This document shows positions 16,180 through 23,110 of a stretch of 23,110 nucleotides of DNA, in pieces. The stretch covers positions 1-23,110 of the forward strand of contig DAHVMJ010000013.1 in assembly GCA_027319905.1 (NCBI GenBank), read 5' to 3'. The position numbers and the translations under genes are program-made. The notes under the pieces were generated by a model. It made no database searches. It saw only the letters and a list, made by a program, of their open reading frames with translations, and was not told the DNA's origin. Origin of the DNA: Candidatus Micrarchaeota archaeon (GTDB lineage Archaea > Micrarchaeota > Micrarchaeia > Micrarchaeales > CABMGC01). The stretch's first letter is position 1; each line of letters opens with the position of its first letter.

Positions 16180-17313
16180 ATGAGAAAGACTGCTCTGTTG
16201 TCCGTGTCTTTGCTCCTGCTGCTCCTACTTGCAAGGCCGGCACTCGCCCAGAGCACGGGCTGCAGCCCATCAGCATCCATAACGCAATACCTGGTGCCGT
16301 GGTACTGCAGCCAGATAAACCAGGCTGTGCAGAGCATCTGGTACCAGTGGGAGCCCGTGGCATTTGCCGCGGTGATGTTCGCCTTCCTGATAGCCGCCAC
16401 TATATTCATGCTCGGTACGGCGATGCGCAACGAGAAGATGAAGAGCTTTGGGGTCGGGGAACTGTACGAGGCGACAGCAACCTCGCTCATAGCGATACTC
16501 TTCCTCTTCCTGTCTGCGGTGTTGTTCGGGGTGCTTCCAGCGTTCATCACCGGGCCCCTCAACCCATACAGCGTCACACTTACCAACATGACCAGCACGA
16601 TGCAGGCAACGCAGGGCGTGATCAAGAGCATCTACGACGTCGTCATGATATCATCGTTCTACAGCAGCATAAACATCCAGGTTTACATAGCCGAGGTCAC
16701 GAAGGCGGCAGCTGGTAGCGGCGAGAACATCGCCGGTTATGGCACGGCCTCCCTTCTCCAGCCTGTCTCAAGACTCTTCAATCCCCTGGCAAGCGCGATA
16801 ACGCTCTTCTTCATAATCCCGGGCCAGACGGTGAGCGGGCTGCTGATGGACGGCCTGCTGGCGCTCAACGCCGAGTTCTACTTCGTACTCTTCTTCATGT
16901 ACACTGCCATACCGGTGTTCCTTATCCCAGGGATAATACTCCGCGCGATCTTCCCTCTCAGGAGCGTTGGCGGCCTGCTGATGGCCGTTGCGTTCGCCTT
17001 CTTCCTCATAATGCCCATCCTATTCGCCGCCGCATACACGCTGAGCAACCAGGGAGTTGTGCAGGCGCTGCAGAGCGCGTCAGCGCAGATAACGGCCAAC
17101 GGCCAAGGCACTGGAGCTGAAAACAATGCTGCATCTCCCACCTCCCCGCTGGTCACGCAGGTGCAGGCGGTACAGAGCGACCTCGGCGGCTTCTTCCTGG
17201 AAGTGCTCTTCTACCCCGTGCTGATACTCGCCCTCACCTATACCTCCATGAACATACTGGCAGACTTCATAGGCGGAGCAACGCAGACAACTGGCAAGAT
17301 GAGGCTGCTCTAG
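16180..17313 (+). CDS. CedA/VirB6-like membrane protein, paralogue 6
   Basis: Signal peptide; motif A FMLGTAMRNEKMKSFGVGELYEATAT; motif B LIPGIILRAIFPLRSVGGLLMAVAFAFFLIMP; terminal LADFIGG. Confidence 0.65.
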   Translation: MRKTALLSVSLLLLLLLARPALAQSTGCSPSASITQYLVPWYCSQINQAVQSIWYQWEPVAFAAVMFAFLIAATIFMLGTAMRNEKMKSFGVGELYEATATSLIAILFLFLSAVLFGVLPAFITGPLNPYSVTLTNMTSTMQATQGVIKSIYDVVMISSFYSSINIQVYIAEVTKAAAGSGENIAGYGTASLLQPVSRLFNPLASAITLFFIIPGQTVSGLLMDGLLALNAEFYFVLFFMYTAIPVFLIPGIILRAIFPLRSVGGLLMAVAFAFFLIMPILFAAAYTLSNQGVVQALQSASAQITANGQGTGAENNAASPTSPLVTQVQAVQSDLGGFFLEVLFYPVLILALTYTSMNILADFIGGATQTTGKMRLL

Positions 17314-17372
17314 CGCAGCCTGGCTCAAAGATTAATAAATGCGTAATGCATGGATTATAGGAGGGGTTAGGT

Positions 17373-18203
17373 TTGCCGATTTCGCAGAGATTCCTTTTTT
17401 CAATCCTCATCCTGATATCAGCAATATTCATAATAGCCATCTACCTTGTCCCAGTGCCCGCTCCGATCAAGCTTGTGTTCGCGTTCCTGGCTCTGGGCGC
17501 AGACGTGCTCGCCTTCTCCACCAAGCTCTACATGAGCTTCTTCATGCCTGTCCTCAGGATGAAGAACAAAACGGCAACGATTGAGACCGAGGAGCCGTTC
17601 ACGATGGCGCCCTCGGGCAATGCCATAGTGGTCAGGAGGTCTGGTGCGATCTACGCTAGTGCCTTCGTTACAGTGCCCTCTTACAGGTCTGCAACAGAGA
17701 TGAACGCCGAGGAGAAAACCGACTTCTCCAGGCTCTTCAGTCGCGCGCTTACCGTAACCAAGGACCCCGTGAAGTTCTCCACCCAGCTGTACGTGATCAA
17801 CAAGGACGAGTACATAAACAACATAAGAAACAAGCTAGACGAGGCTGAGGAGCGCTACCAGAACGCAACGACATCGCAGCAGCAGAACAAGTCTGACATG
17901 GAACGCATAAAGGGCGAGGTGACGATGTGGCACAACCTGTACGACAGCGTCAACAAGGTGGGCTCGCACGCCCTGGAGGCGTTCGCGATGGTAACCGCCG
18001 AGGGCGGAAACGAGGAGGAGGCGATAAACCTTGCGCTTCAGCGTGCCGATGAAGTCGCCGCCGGGGTCAGCGCTGCGTTCGGAGTGACAGCGAGCCTGGT
18101 AGAGGGAGAGGAGCTGCTCAGGTTCGTTGAGCCGGATCATATGATACCTCCGATAACTGTGGCTGAGCAGCTCAGGGAGAAGGACATCACAGCAGAGATG
18201 TGA
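17373..18203 (+). CDS. Membrane-anchored (2 TM) alpha/beta plus coiled-coil protein, paralogue of the next gene; possible detached VirB4-type N-terminal subunit
   Basis: TTG start after AGGAGGGG. Two N-terminal TM helices, a coiled coil (YINNIRNKLDEAEERY) and C-terminal EEEAINLAL...SAAFGV...VEGEELLRF. Confidence 0.6.
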   Translation: MPISQRFLFSILILISAIFIIAIYLVPVPAPIKLVFAFLALGADVLAFSTKLYMSFFMPVLRMKNKTATIETEEPFTMAPSGNAIVVRRSGAIYASAFVTVPSYRSATEMNAEEKTDFSRLFSRALTVTKDPVKFSTQLYVINKDEYINNIRNKLDEAEERYQNATTSQQQNKSDMERIKGEVTMWHNLYDSVNKVGSHALEAFAMVTAEGGNEEEAINLALQRADEVAAGVSAAFGVTASLVEGEELLRFVEPDHMIPPITVAEQLREKDITAEM

Positions 18204-18206
18204 AAC

Positions 18207-19031
18207 ATGGATGAACGTACTATGATCTATCTCGGCGCGACAGGCGCGATAGCGGTCATAATAATGGCAAGCGCGTCCTCGTTCGGAGATCTGTGGTTCA
18301 TCGCCTTCCTGCTCTCGATATTCGCGATAATCATGATCTTCATACTAAACTATGCCGACTTCATACTCTTCCCTGTATTCACGGCAATGTTCGGGATAAA
18401 GATAGTGCCCGTGAAGAACTACTACATACCCAAGGGCAGCAGCTGCGTGATCAAGTACATCAACGGGATCTACTACGCTACCGGATACCTTACAGCCAAC
18501 ATCTACAAGTACGTATTTGCCGCGGAGAACGTGGACGAGAACGAGGCGACAAAACTGAGCGAGGGTCCGGACAAGTGGGAGCGAATAGTCATGAACGCCG
18601 GCTTTCCTTTCAGGTTCAACGTGGTCTCGATAGCCGAGGACGTGCAGAGATACAGGGACGACCTCGAAGGCAGGCGAGGCACGCTAGAATTCCAGCTGAG
18701 CAAGGAGATGAGTTCCAGCGCTCCCAACGAACTAACCATACAGGACCTGCAGAGGAAGATGAACATCATAGATGCGAGGATAGACAGGCTGTCGGGAGGT
18801 GAGCGGCCTGTAGACTCTGTGATGTACATAGACAGCACCGCCGTTGGAGTAAGCGAGAAGGAGGCGGTGGATGCGCTGACCAATCAGCTCAACCACCTGC
18901 AGACCCTATTCAGCGCCTTCGACCTGAGCATAACAAGGGTCGTGGGCCGCGAGCTCTATCACCTGTTCACCTACAACTACACCATACCTGACCGCGAGAT
19001 GCTGGCGGAAACGTTCAGCTACGAGAGGTAG
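18207..19031 (+). CDS. Membrane-anchored (2 TM) alpha/beta plus coiled-coil protein, paralogue of the previous gene
   Basis: Same size (274 vs 276 aa) and layout: GIYYA, FPFRFN, YRDDLEGRR coiled coil, EKEAVDALT...FSAFDL...VVGRELYHLF. Confidence 0.6.
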   Translation: MDERTMIYLGATGAIAVIIMASASSFGDLWFIAFLLSIFAIIMIFILNYADFILFPVFTAMFGIKIVPVKNYYIPKGSSCVIKYINGIYYATGYLTANIYKYVFAAENVDENEATKLSEGPDKWERIVMNAGFPFRFNVVSIAEDVQRYRDDLEGRRGTLEFQLSKEMSSSAPNELTIQDLQRKMNIIDARIDRLSGGERPVDSVMYIDSTAVGVSEKEAVDALTNQLNHLQTLFSAFDLSITRVVGRELYHLFTYNYTIPDREMLAETFSYER

Positions 19032-19062
19032 AGATAAATAGCTTGCATGGAGGATTGATGTT

Positions 19063-20568
19063 ATGAGTCTTGTGCGGCTGCAGAACGTGATGAGCAACGA
19101 ACTGGCAAAGCGCACCATATTCAGCAGGCCGCCAGAACCCCCGCAGGAATACCTGCTCAACGATCCGACGAGCTCCATATTCATAGGCGTAACCAAGCTC
19201 TTCCACGTGCCCTTCACCTGGACGTTCGCAAGCCTTACGAACCCGCATCTGGCCGTCGTAGGAATAACAGGCGCGGGAAAGAGCTTCTTCGTGAAGACGT
19301 TCCTCATCAGGGCGAGCTACGTCTGGAACACTAACGCGATAATCATAGACTGGGCGGGCGAGTACAAGGCATGGGTGAAGCAGAGCGGCGGCACGGTAGT
19401 ATCGCTAGGCAAGGGAGACTACATCAACATAATGGACCTGTCAGGCATGAAACCGGTGGACAGGTCGAAGCAGATAATAGGATCGCTTGAGATACTGACC
19501 GATATAAACGACTACCCTGAGCAGAAGAGGCTCACGGTGGAGGCTGTGGAGCAGGCGTACGTCAACTTCGGCTTCTCCAGCGCCGAGATACCCCCGCCTG
19601 GTAAGGAGGCGCCCACGCTCAAGGACGTGATAGGAACGCTGGAGGAGAAGCTGCAGGAAGGCAAGTACGAGTATCCCGCCGAGCTCGAGAACGCGATATA
19701 CAGGCTGAGGCAGTTCGCCAGGGAGGGCGAGGACTATTTCGCGAGAAAGAGCACGATAGACCTTGCCAAGCTCTCAAGCTCTGGCCTCGTGTCCATAGAC
19801 CTGTCCAACCTTCCTGACGAGAAGTTCAGGGCGCTCGCCGCGCTGTTCATACTGCAAACGCTCAAGGAGAAGATGAGGATGGAGGGCTGGAGCGCGTCCA
19901 AGGGCCTCAAGGCCTTGGTTGTACTGGACGAGGCGTGGAAGGTCGCAAGCGACGACAGGAGCGACGCTGTAATGATAGTCAGGGAGGGCAGGAAGTACCA
20001 GTTCGGCCTCATAGTGGCATCGCAGAACCCGACGGACATAAACGAGGCGATCTTCTCAAACGTGGGCACCACGATAATGCTCAGGATAAGGTTCGAGAAG
20101 TTCCTGAACTACCTGCAGGGCTCGCTCAATTTCTCCGACTTCATGCGCAAGGAGATAAGCAAGTTCGGGGTCGGGCAGGCGGCGATAGACATGAGCTTCC
20201 AGACCAGCGTGCAGTTCCCAGAGGTCTTCCTGATAGACAGGATAGTGGGTGAGATACCACTAGACGTCTATACGCTAACGATAGCAGACATACTGAGCCA
20301 GCAGGAGCTCGCAGATTCCAACGTGCAGAAGGAGTACTACTTCGAGAAGATAGACCTCAATTCGAAGCTCATACAGGTCAACGTAAGCTCCGAGGCGGTA
20401 AACAACATATTCAAGCAGCTTGATTCGGCGAACCGCATGGTTGACATAAGGGGTTTCGTGCAGATGATGACCAACGAGAAGGTGAGCAAGGACACGATTG
20501 TAGAGCTGCTCAGGAGCTTTGGGATGGCTGACACGCTTATAACGAAGGTCTTCGTCTACGTGACATAG
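19063..20568 (+). CDS. VirB4/HerA/CedB-like P-loop ATPase (FtsK-HerA superfamily) with extra C-terminal helical domain
   Basis: NPHLAVVGITGAGKS (Walker A), IIIDWAGEY, APTLKDV, LVVLDEAW (Walker B), REGRKYQFGLIVASQNP, IFSNVGT. GGAGG ribosome-binding site upstream. No TM segment. Confidence 0.88.
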   Translation: MSLVRLQNVMSNELAKRTIFSRPPEPPQEYLLNDPTSSIFIGVTKLFHVPFTWTFASLTNPHLAVVGITGAGKSFFVKTFLIRASYVWNTNAIIIDWAGEYKAWVKQSGGTVVSLGKGDYINIMDLSGMKPVDRSKQIIGSLEILTDINDYPEQKRLTVEAVEQAYVNFGFSSAEIPPPGKEAPTLKDVIGTLEEKLQEGKYEYPAELENAIYRLRQFAREGEDYFARKSTIDLAKLSSSGLVSIDLSNLPDEKFRALAALFILQTLKEKMRMEGWSASKGLKALVVLDEAWKVASDDRSDAVMIVREGRKYQFGLIVASQNPTDINEAIFSNVGTTIMLRIRFEKFLNYLQGSLNFSDFMRKEISKFGVGQAAIDMSFQTSVQFPEVFLIDRIVGEIPLDVYTLTIADILSQQELADSNVQKEYYFEKIDLNSKLIQVNVSSEAVNNIFKQLDSANRMVDIRGFVQMMTNEKVSKDTIVELLRSFGMADTLITKVFVYVT

Positions 20569-20576
20569 GTGTATGG

Positions 20577-20873
20577 ATGGGAACGAGTTTCACGATAAGC
20601 AGGATAGAACTCAAGCGCATGCTCACCACGCTTGGCGTAAGCGAGCGCAGCATAGATGAGCTCATAGCGGAGCTTAACAAGATGCACAAGCACGCCAACG
20701 CCATCGCTTTCTCCGGAATGCTCGCCAAGGCCGGGCTCAAGAGCGAGGACGTCACCAACGTGCTCAGGAGGATAGGCATAGACGACATAACGATAACGAG
20801 CATATTCGACACGCTGGAGGAGGAGCGCATAAAGAGCGCCTACGGGAAGGTCGTCGACCTTTCGTTCGAGTAG
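20577..20873 (+). CDS. Small helical protein homologous to the C-terminal domain of the upstream ATPase (EF-hand-like)
   Basis: 98 aa. Aligns without gaps to ATPase residues KIDL...TKVF (15 identities in 69 positions by hand count). Confidence 0.75.
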   Translation: MGTSFTISRIELKRMLTTLGVSERSIDELIAELNKMHKHANAIAFSGMLAKAGLKSEDVTNVLRRIGIDDITITSIFDTLEEERIKSAYGKVVDLSFE

Positions 20874-20880
20874 TGGTTTT

Positions 20881-21237
20881 TTGCAGAAGAGCTATTGCAT
20901 AGTCTGCGCCAAGGAGCGCAAAGGCATACCTGTCGAGGACGACCTGGTGCTGGGGACTGTCAGGTGGTTCAAGACCAACGTCACGAGAAACGAGCGGAAC
21001 AACAGGCTTGTCGTGTGCCGGGACTGCTATCTCAAGTACGTGGCCGCGAGGAAGAAATTCGAGTCGAGGCAGAAGCTCTACGTGGCCTTCGGGGCCATAC
21101 TTGCCGGGATGAACCTGCTGCTTTCACAGAGCCTGTTGAGCCTGCTCGTCTCCATGTTCATCTTCCTGCTGCTTTTCACCTTCTCCATGCTCAGCTACAT
21201 GCCAAGGATAAGCATAAAAAAACAGTCTAATCAATAG
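20881..21237 (+). CDS. Zn-finger (CxxC...CxxC) protein with two C-terminal TM helices
   Basis: TTG start. YCIVCAKE...LVVCRDCY followed by two hydrophobic segments and a basic tail. Confidence 0.72.
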   Translation: MQKSYCIVCAKERKGIPVEDDLVLGTVRWFKTNVTRNERNNRLVVCRDCYLKYVAARKKFESRQKLYVAFGAILAGMNLLLSQSLLSLLVSMFIFLLLFTFSMLSYMPRISIKKQSNQ

Positions 21238-21266
21238 TATCAGATTGAAATTGTGGGCGTGAGCTA

Positions 21267-21995
21267 GTGGCAGAAGAGGCAATAGAGGAAGAACCGAAGG
21301 TGGAACAGATAGAGTTCCCGGGAAAGCTGCTCACGAGCCTCGACGACGTGAAGCAGAAGCTGTCTGGCATACCCTTCTACTCCTTCCAGCAGGGCGCCAA
21401 CAATCTCGAGATGGCAAGGGTCGAGAGCAGGAACATACACAAAAAGCCGTTCCTCTTCTACATCATCCTCTTCAGCAGCAACTCGCTCCAGCTCACCTAT
21501 TCCATAATACCGGGCAGCAGCGACAGGCTCAGGCGGGCGACGGTCATCAAGAACCTCGCATCCGTGCTGTCCGTGATAACCGAGAGCTTCCAGATAGACG
21601 AGAGCAAGTTCCTGCAGTACGTAGACTCGGTGTTGGACAACCTGCTGAACGGCATGTCGCAGAGCTACAGCGCGCTTTTCAACAAGTACGACGCGGTGCT
21701 CAACGAGTACGTTGAGACGAAGAAGCTGACTCACGAGCTCGAGGCGTCCAACAGGAATCTTACCACACAGACGAGCCAGCTCAACGATGACAACAAGTCG
21801 CTCACTGCGCAGCTCAAGGCGCTGCAGACATACTCAGACGAGTCGCTCATGGCGATGATCCAAGACTGGATAGAGGTGCACAACAGCTCCATAGACGTGG
21901 GCGAGTTCGCGAAGACGTACAAGGTTCCGGAGCCAAGGATAGAGCAGATGCTGGACAAGATGGTCTCTATGGGCTACATAGAGTTGAAGAGCTAG
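21267..21995 (+). CDS. Protein with globular N-domain, long coiled coil and C-terminal winged-helix-like domain
   Basis: GTG start. Heptad region YSALFNKY...LTAQLKALQ; C-terminal IQDWIEVHNSSIDVGEFAKTYKVPEPRIEQMLDKMVSMGYIELK is a typical wHTH pattern. Confidence 0.75.
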   Translation: MAEEAIEEEPKVEQIEFPGKLLTSLDDVKQKLSGIPFYSFQQGANNLEMARVESRNIHKKPFLFYIILFSSNSLQLTYSIIPGSSDRLRRATVIKNLASVLSVITESFQIDESKFLQYVDSVLDNLLNGMSQSYSALFNKYDAVLNEYVETKKLTHELEASNRNLTTQTSQLNDDNKSLTAQLKALQTYSDESLMAMIQDWIEVHNSSIDVGEFAKTYKVPEPRIEQMLDKMVSMGYIELKS

Positions 21996-22000
21996 TTTAC

Positions 22001-22159
22001 ATGAAGTACGCTGTTGCGGTAAACCGGAAGTACCAGTACGTGAAGGTATACAACATAGTCAAGAAGATGAATGAGAGCAACAACCCACTGTCCAGGGCCG
22101 CCAGCAATCTTGTGGAGAGGTTCCTACTGAAGAAGAAGGGCGGCGAACCCGAGCGCTAG
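22001..22159 (+). CDS. Small basic 52-aa protein (not in ORF track)
   Basis: MKYAVAVNRKYQYVKVYNIVKKMNESNNPLSRAASNLVERFLLKKKGGEPER*. Fills the gap with 5 nt and 9 nt spacers and uses typical codons. Confidence 0.65.
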   Translation: MKYAVAVNRKYQYVKVYNIVKKMNESNNPLSRAASNLVERFLLKKKGGEPER

Positions 22160-22168
22160 TGGTTTGGG

Positions 22169-23110
22169 ATGCGATTAGCTTTCAAAATAGTCATTATCGT
22201 TGTAGCGTTCGCGCTGCTGCTACTGGGCCTCGGCCTGTACGTAAGGAACGCGACCTCTTCCCTCGCGCGCCTTACCACTGCGCCTCCGGCTCCCACAGGC
22301 CCGGTCTCGCTTTTGGCATCTGCGGCGCAGAGTCAGGTTTTAAGCTTCAACAACAGCGCCGACTACGTGATATACTCCCTGCTCTCCTACTCTTCATCGA
22401 ACGCAACGAACGCAACAGCAGCGATCTCTGTGTATCCGAAAAACCCCATAACCAAGATATACCTGCTCAACGTGAGCTCCTACTGCCTCTCCTGTTTCAG
22501 CGAGACCGCCTTTGAATCAGCGCTGCAGAACGACCTGCTCAGTCATGACCTTCTCCGCAACTCCACCAGCTTCACATTCGTCAACGAATCTAATCTGCAA
22601 TCGCTGCCTTCTGGGTCCATAGTTATCATTCCTTCCGGCCTGATGCCGCTCTTCATGCTCAATGGCACCTCTCCAGAACTTCTCTCATTGCTCCAGAAGG
22701 GCGACAGCGTAATCTACGCGGGCCTGGATCTCAGCAGATCGCTAGGCCCCAACGGGATAATCTTCATCAACTCGCAGTCCACTCTCTCCGAGCTTCAGAT
22801 TGCGAACCTCAACACAGTGCCGATAGGCACCGCCGGGATCCCCTACTCCCCCGGATCGAACCTGAGCTTCATTAACCCTACGTTTGTATTTGGCGGGGGC
22901 CAGAGATACGGCAGCATCACGTACGCCAATTCCGAGAACGGAACGATGATTGCTTTTCCGGGCACTCCCACAAACTCATGGAGTTCAGTGTCCGCCATGT
23001 CCGCAGACATAGCGAACGTTATCTCTGCATCTTTCTGGCTTCCGAAACTGGGGGCCAGCATCGACACGCTCAATCTCTCATCGAATGGCAGCGGCGCGCA
23101 GGGCATCTTT
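22169..23110 (+). CDS. Secreted or membrane-anchored Ser/Asn-rich protein, truncated by window end (not in ORF track)
   Basis: MRLAFKIVIIVVAFALLLLGLGLYVRNATSSLARL... The frame appears open from ATG 22169 to the last base. N-terminal TM helix, many N-x-S/T sequons, one CxxC (YCLSCF). Confidence 0.85.
   Translation, partial: MRLAFKIVIIVVAFALLLLGLGLYVRNATSSLARLTTAPPAPTGPVSLLASAAQSQVLSFNNSADYVIYSLLSYSSSNATNATAAISVYPKNPITKIYLLNVSSYCLSCFSETAFESALQNDLLSHDLLRNSTSFTFVNESNLQSLPSGSIVIIPSGLMPLFMLNGTSPELLSLLQKGDSVIYAGLDLSRSLGPNGIIFINSQSTLSELQIANLNTVPIGTAGIPYSPGSNLSFINPTFVFGGGQRYGSITYANSENGTMIAFPGTPTNSWSSVSAMSADIANVISASFWLPKLGASIDTLNLSSNGSGAQGIF

Noticed and set aside
8735..20252. Numerous long alternative-frame and antisense ORFs (e.g. 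8735-9400 minus, 10977-11591, 12280-12945, 14349-15122)
   Set aside because: Shadow ORFs expected from GC3-rich coding sequence. They are Arg/His/Pro-rich or mirror hydrophobic genes and fully overlap better genes.
19063..20568. Calling the ATPase the DNA-repair helicase HerA
   Set aside because: No N-terminal HAS barrel and no nurA/mre11/rad50 neighbours. The context is membrane and pilin genes.
22159..22515. 118-aa + strand ORF in the track
   Set aside because: Out of frame with the long signal-anchored ORF starting at 22169, which has far more protein-like composition and stays open to the window end.
6397..23110. Calling the locus an integrated conjugative plasmid, provirus or archaellum/type IV pilus operon
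   Set aside because: No integrase, relaxase, replication or capsid genes in view, codon style matches the core genes, and there is no PilB/FlaI-type ATPase or TadC/FlaJ platform. A mobile element cannot be fully excluded because the right boundary is outside the window.

Overview
Compact archaeal chromosome segment, most likely DPANN/Micrarchaeota. This placement is inferred from the archaeal core genes, TATA promoters, heavy ATA/AGG codon use and a class III pilin-LamG surface protein. The first ~6.3 kb is mostly housekeeping: pilin-LamG, pelota, DedA, an unusual single-repeat (half-size) TBP, rpl21e, DUF655, rpoF, a MoxR ATPase and a PemK/MazF-type toxin-antitoxin pair. From ~6.4 kb to the window end every gene is on the + strand and the genes form a membrane-machine locus. 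It holds a VirB2/CedA1-like pilin, a GT-C-like glycosyltransferase, a polytopic membrane protein and six tandem, highly diverged CedA/VirB6-like paralogues. These are followed by two paralogous membrane-anchored proteins resembling a detached VirB4 N-terminal part, a VirB4/HerA/CedB-like ATPase, a small protein duplicating the ATPase's EF-hand-like C-terminal domain, a Zn-finger membrane protein, a coiled-coil/winged-helix protein and a secreted protein cut by the window edge. No relaxase, integrase or second coupling ATPase is visible. The best reading is a domesticated, expanded Ced/T4SS-like cell-contact or transfer apparatus. All family calls come from motif recognition by eye; no database searches were run.
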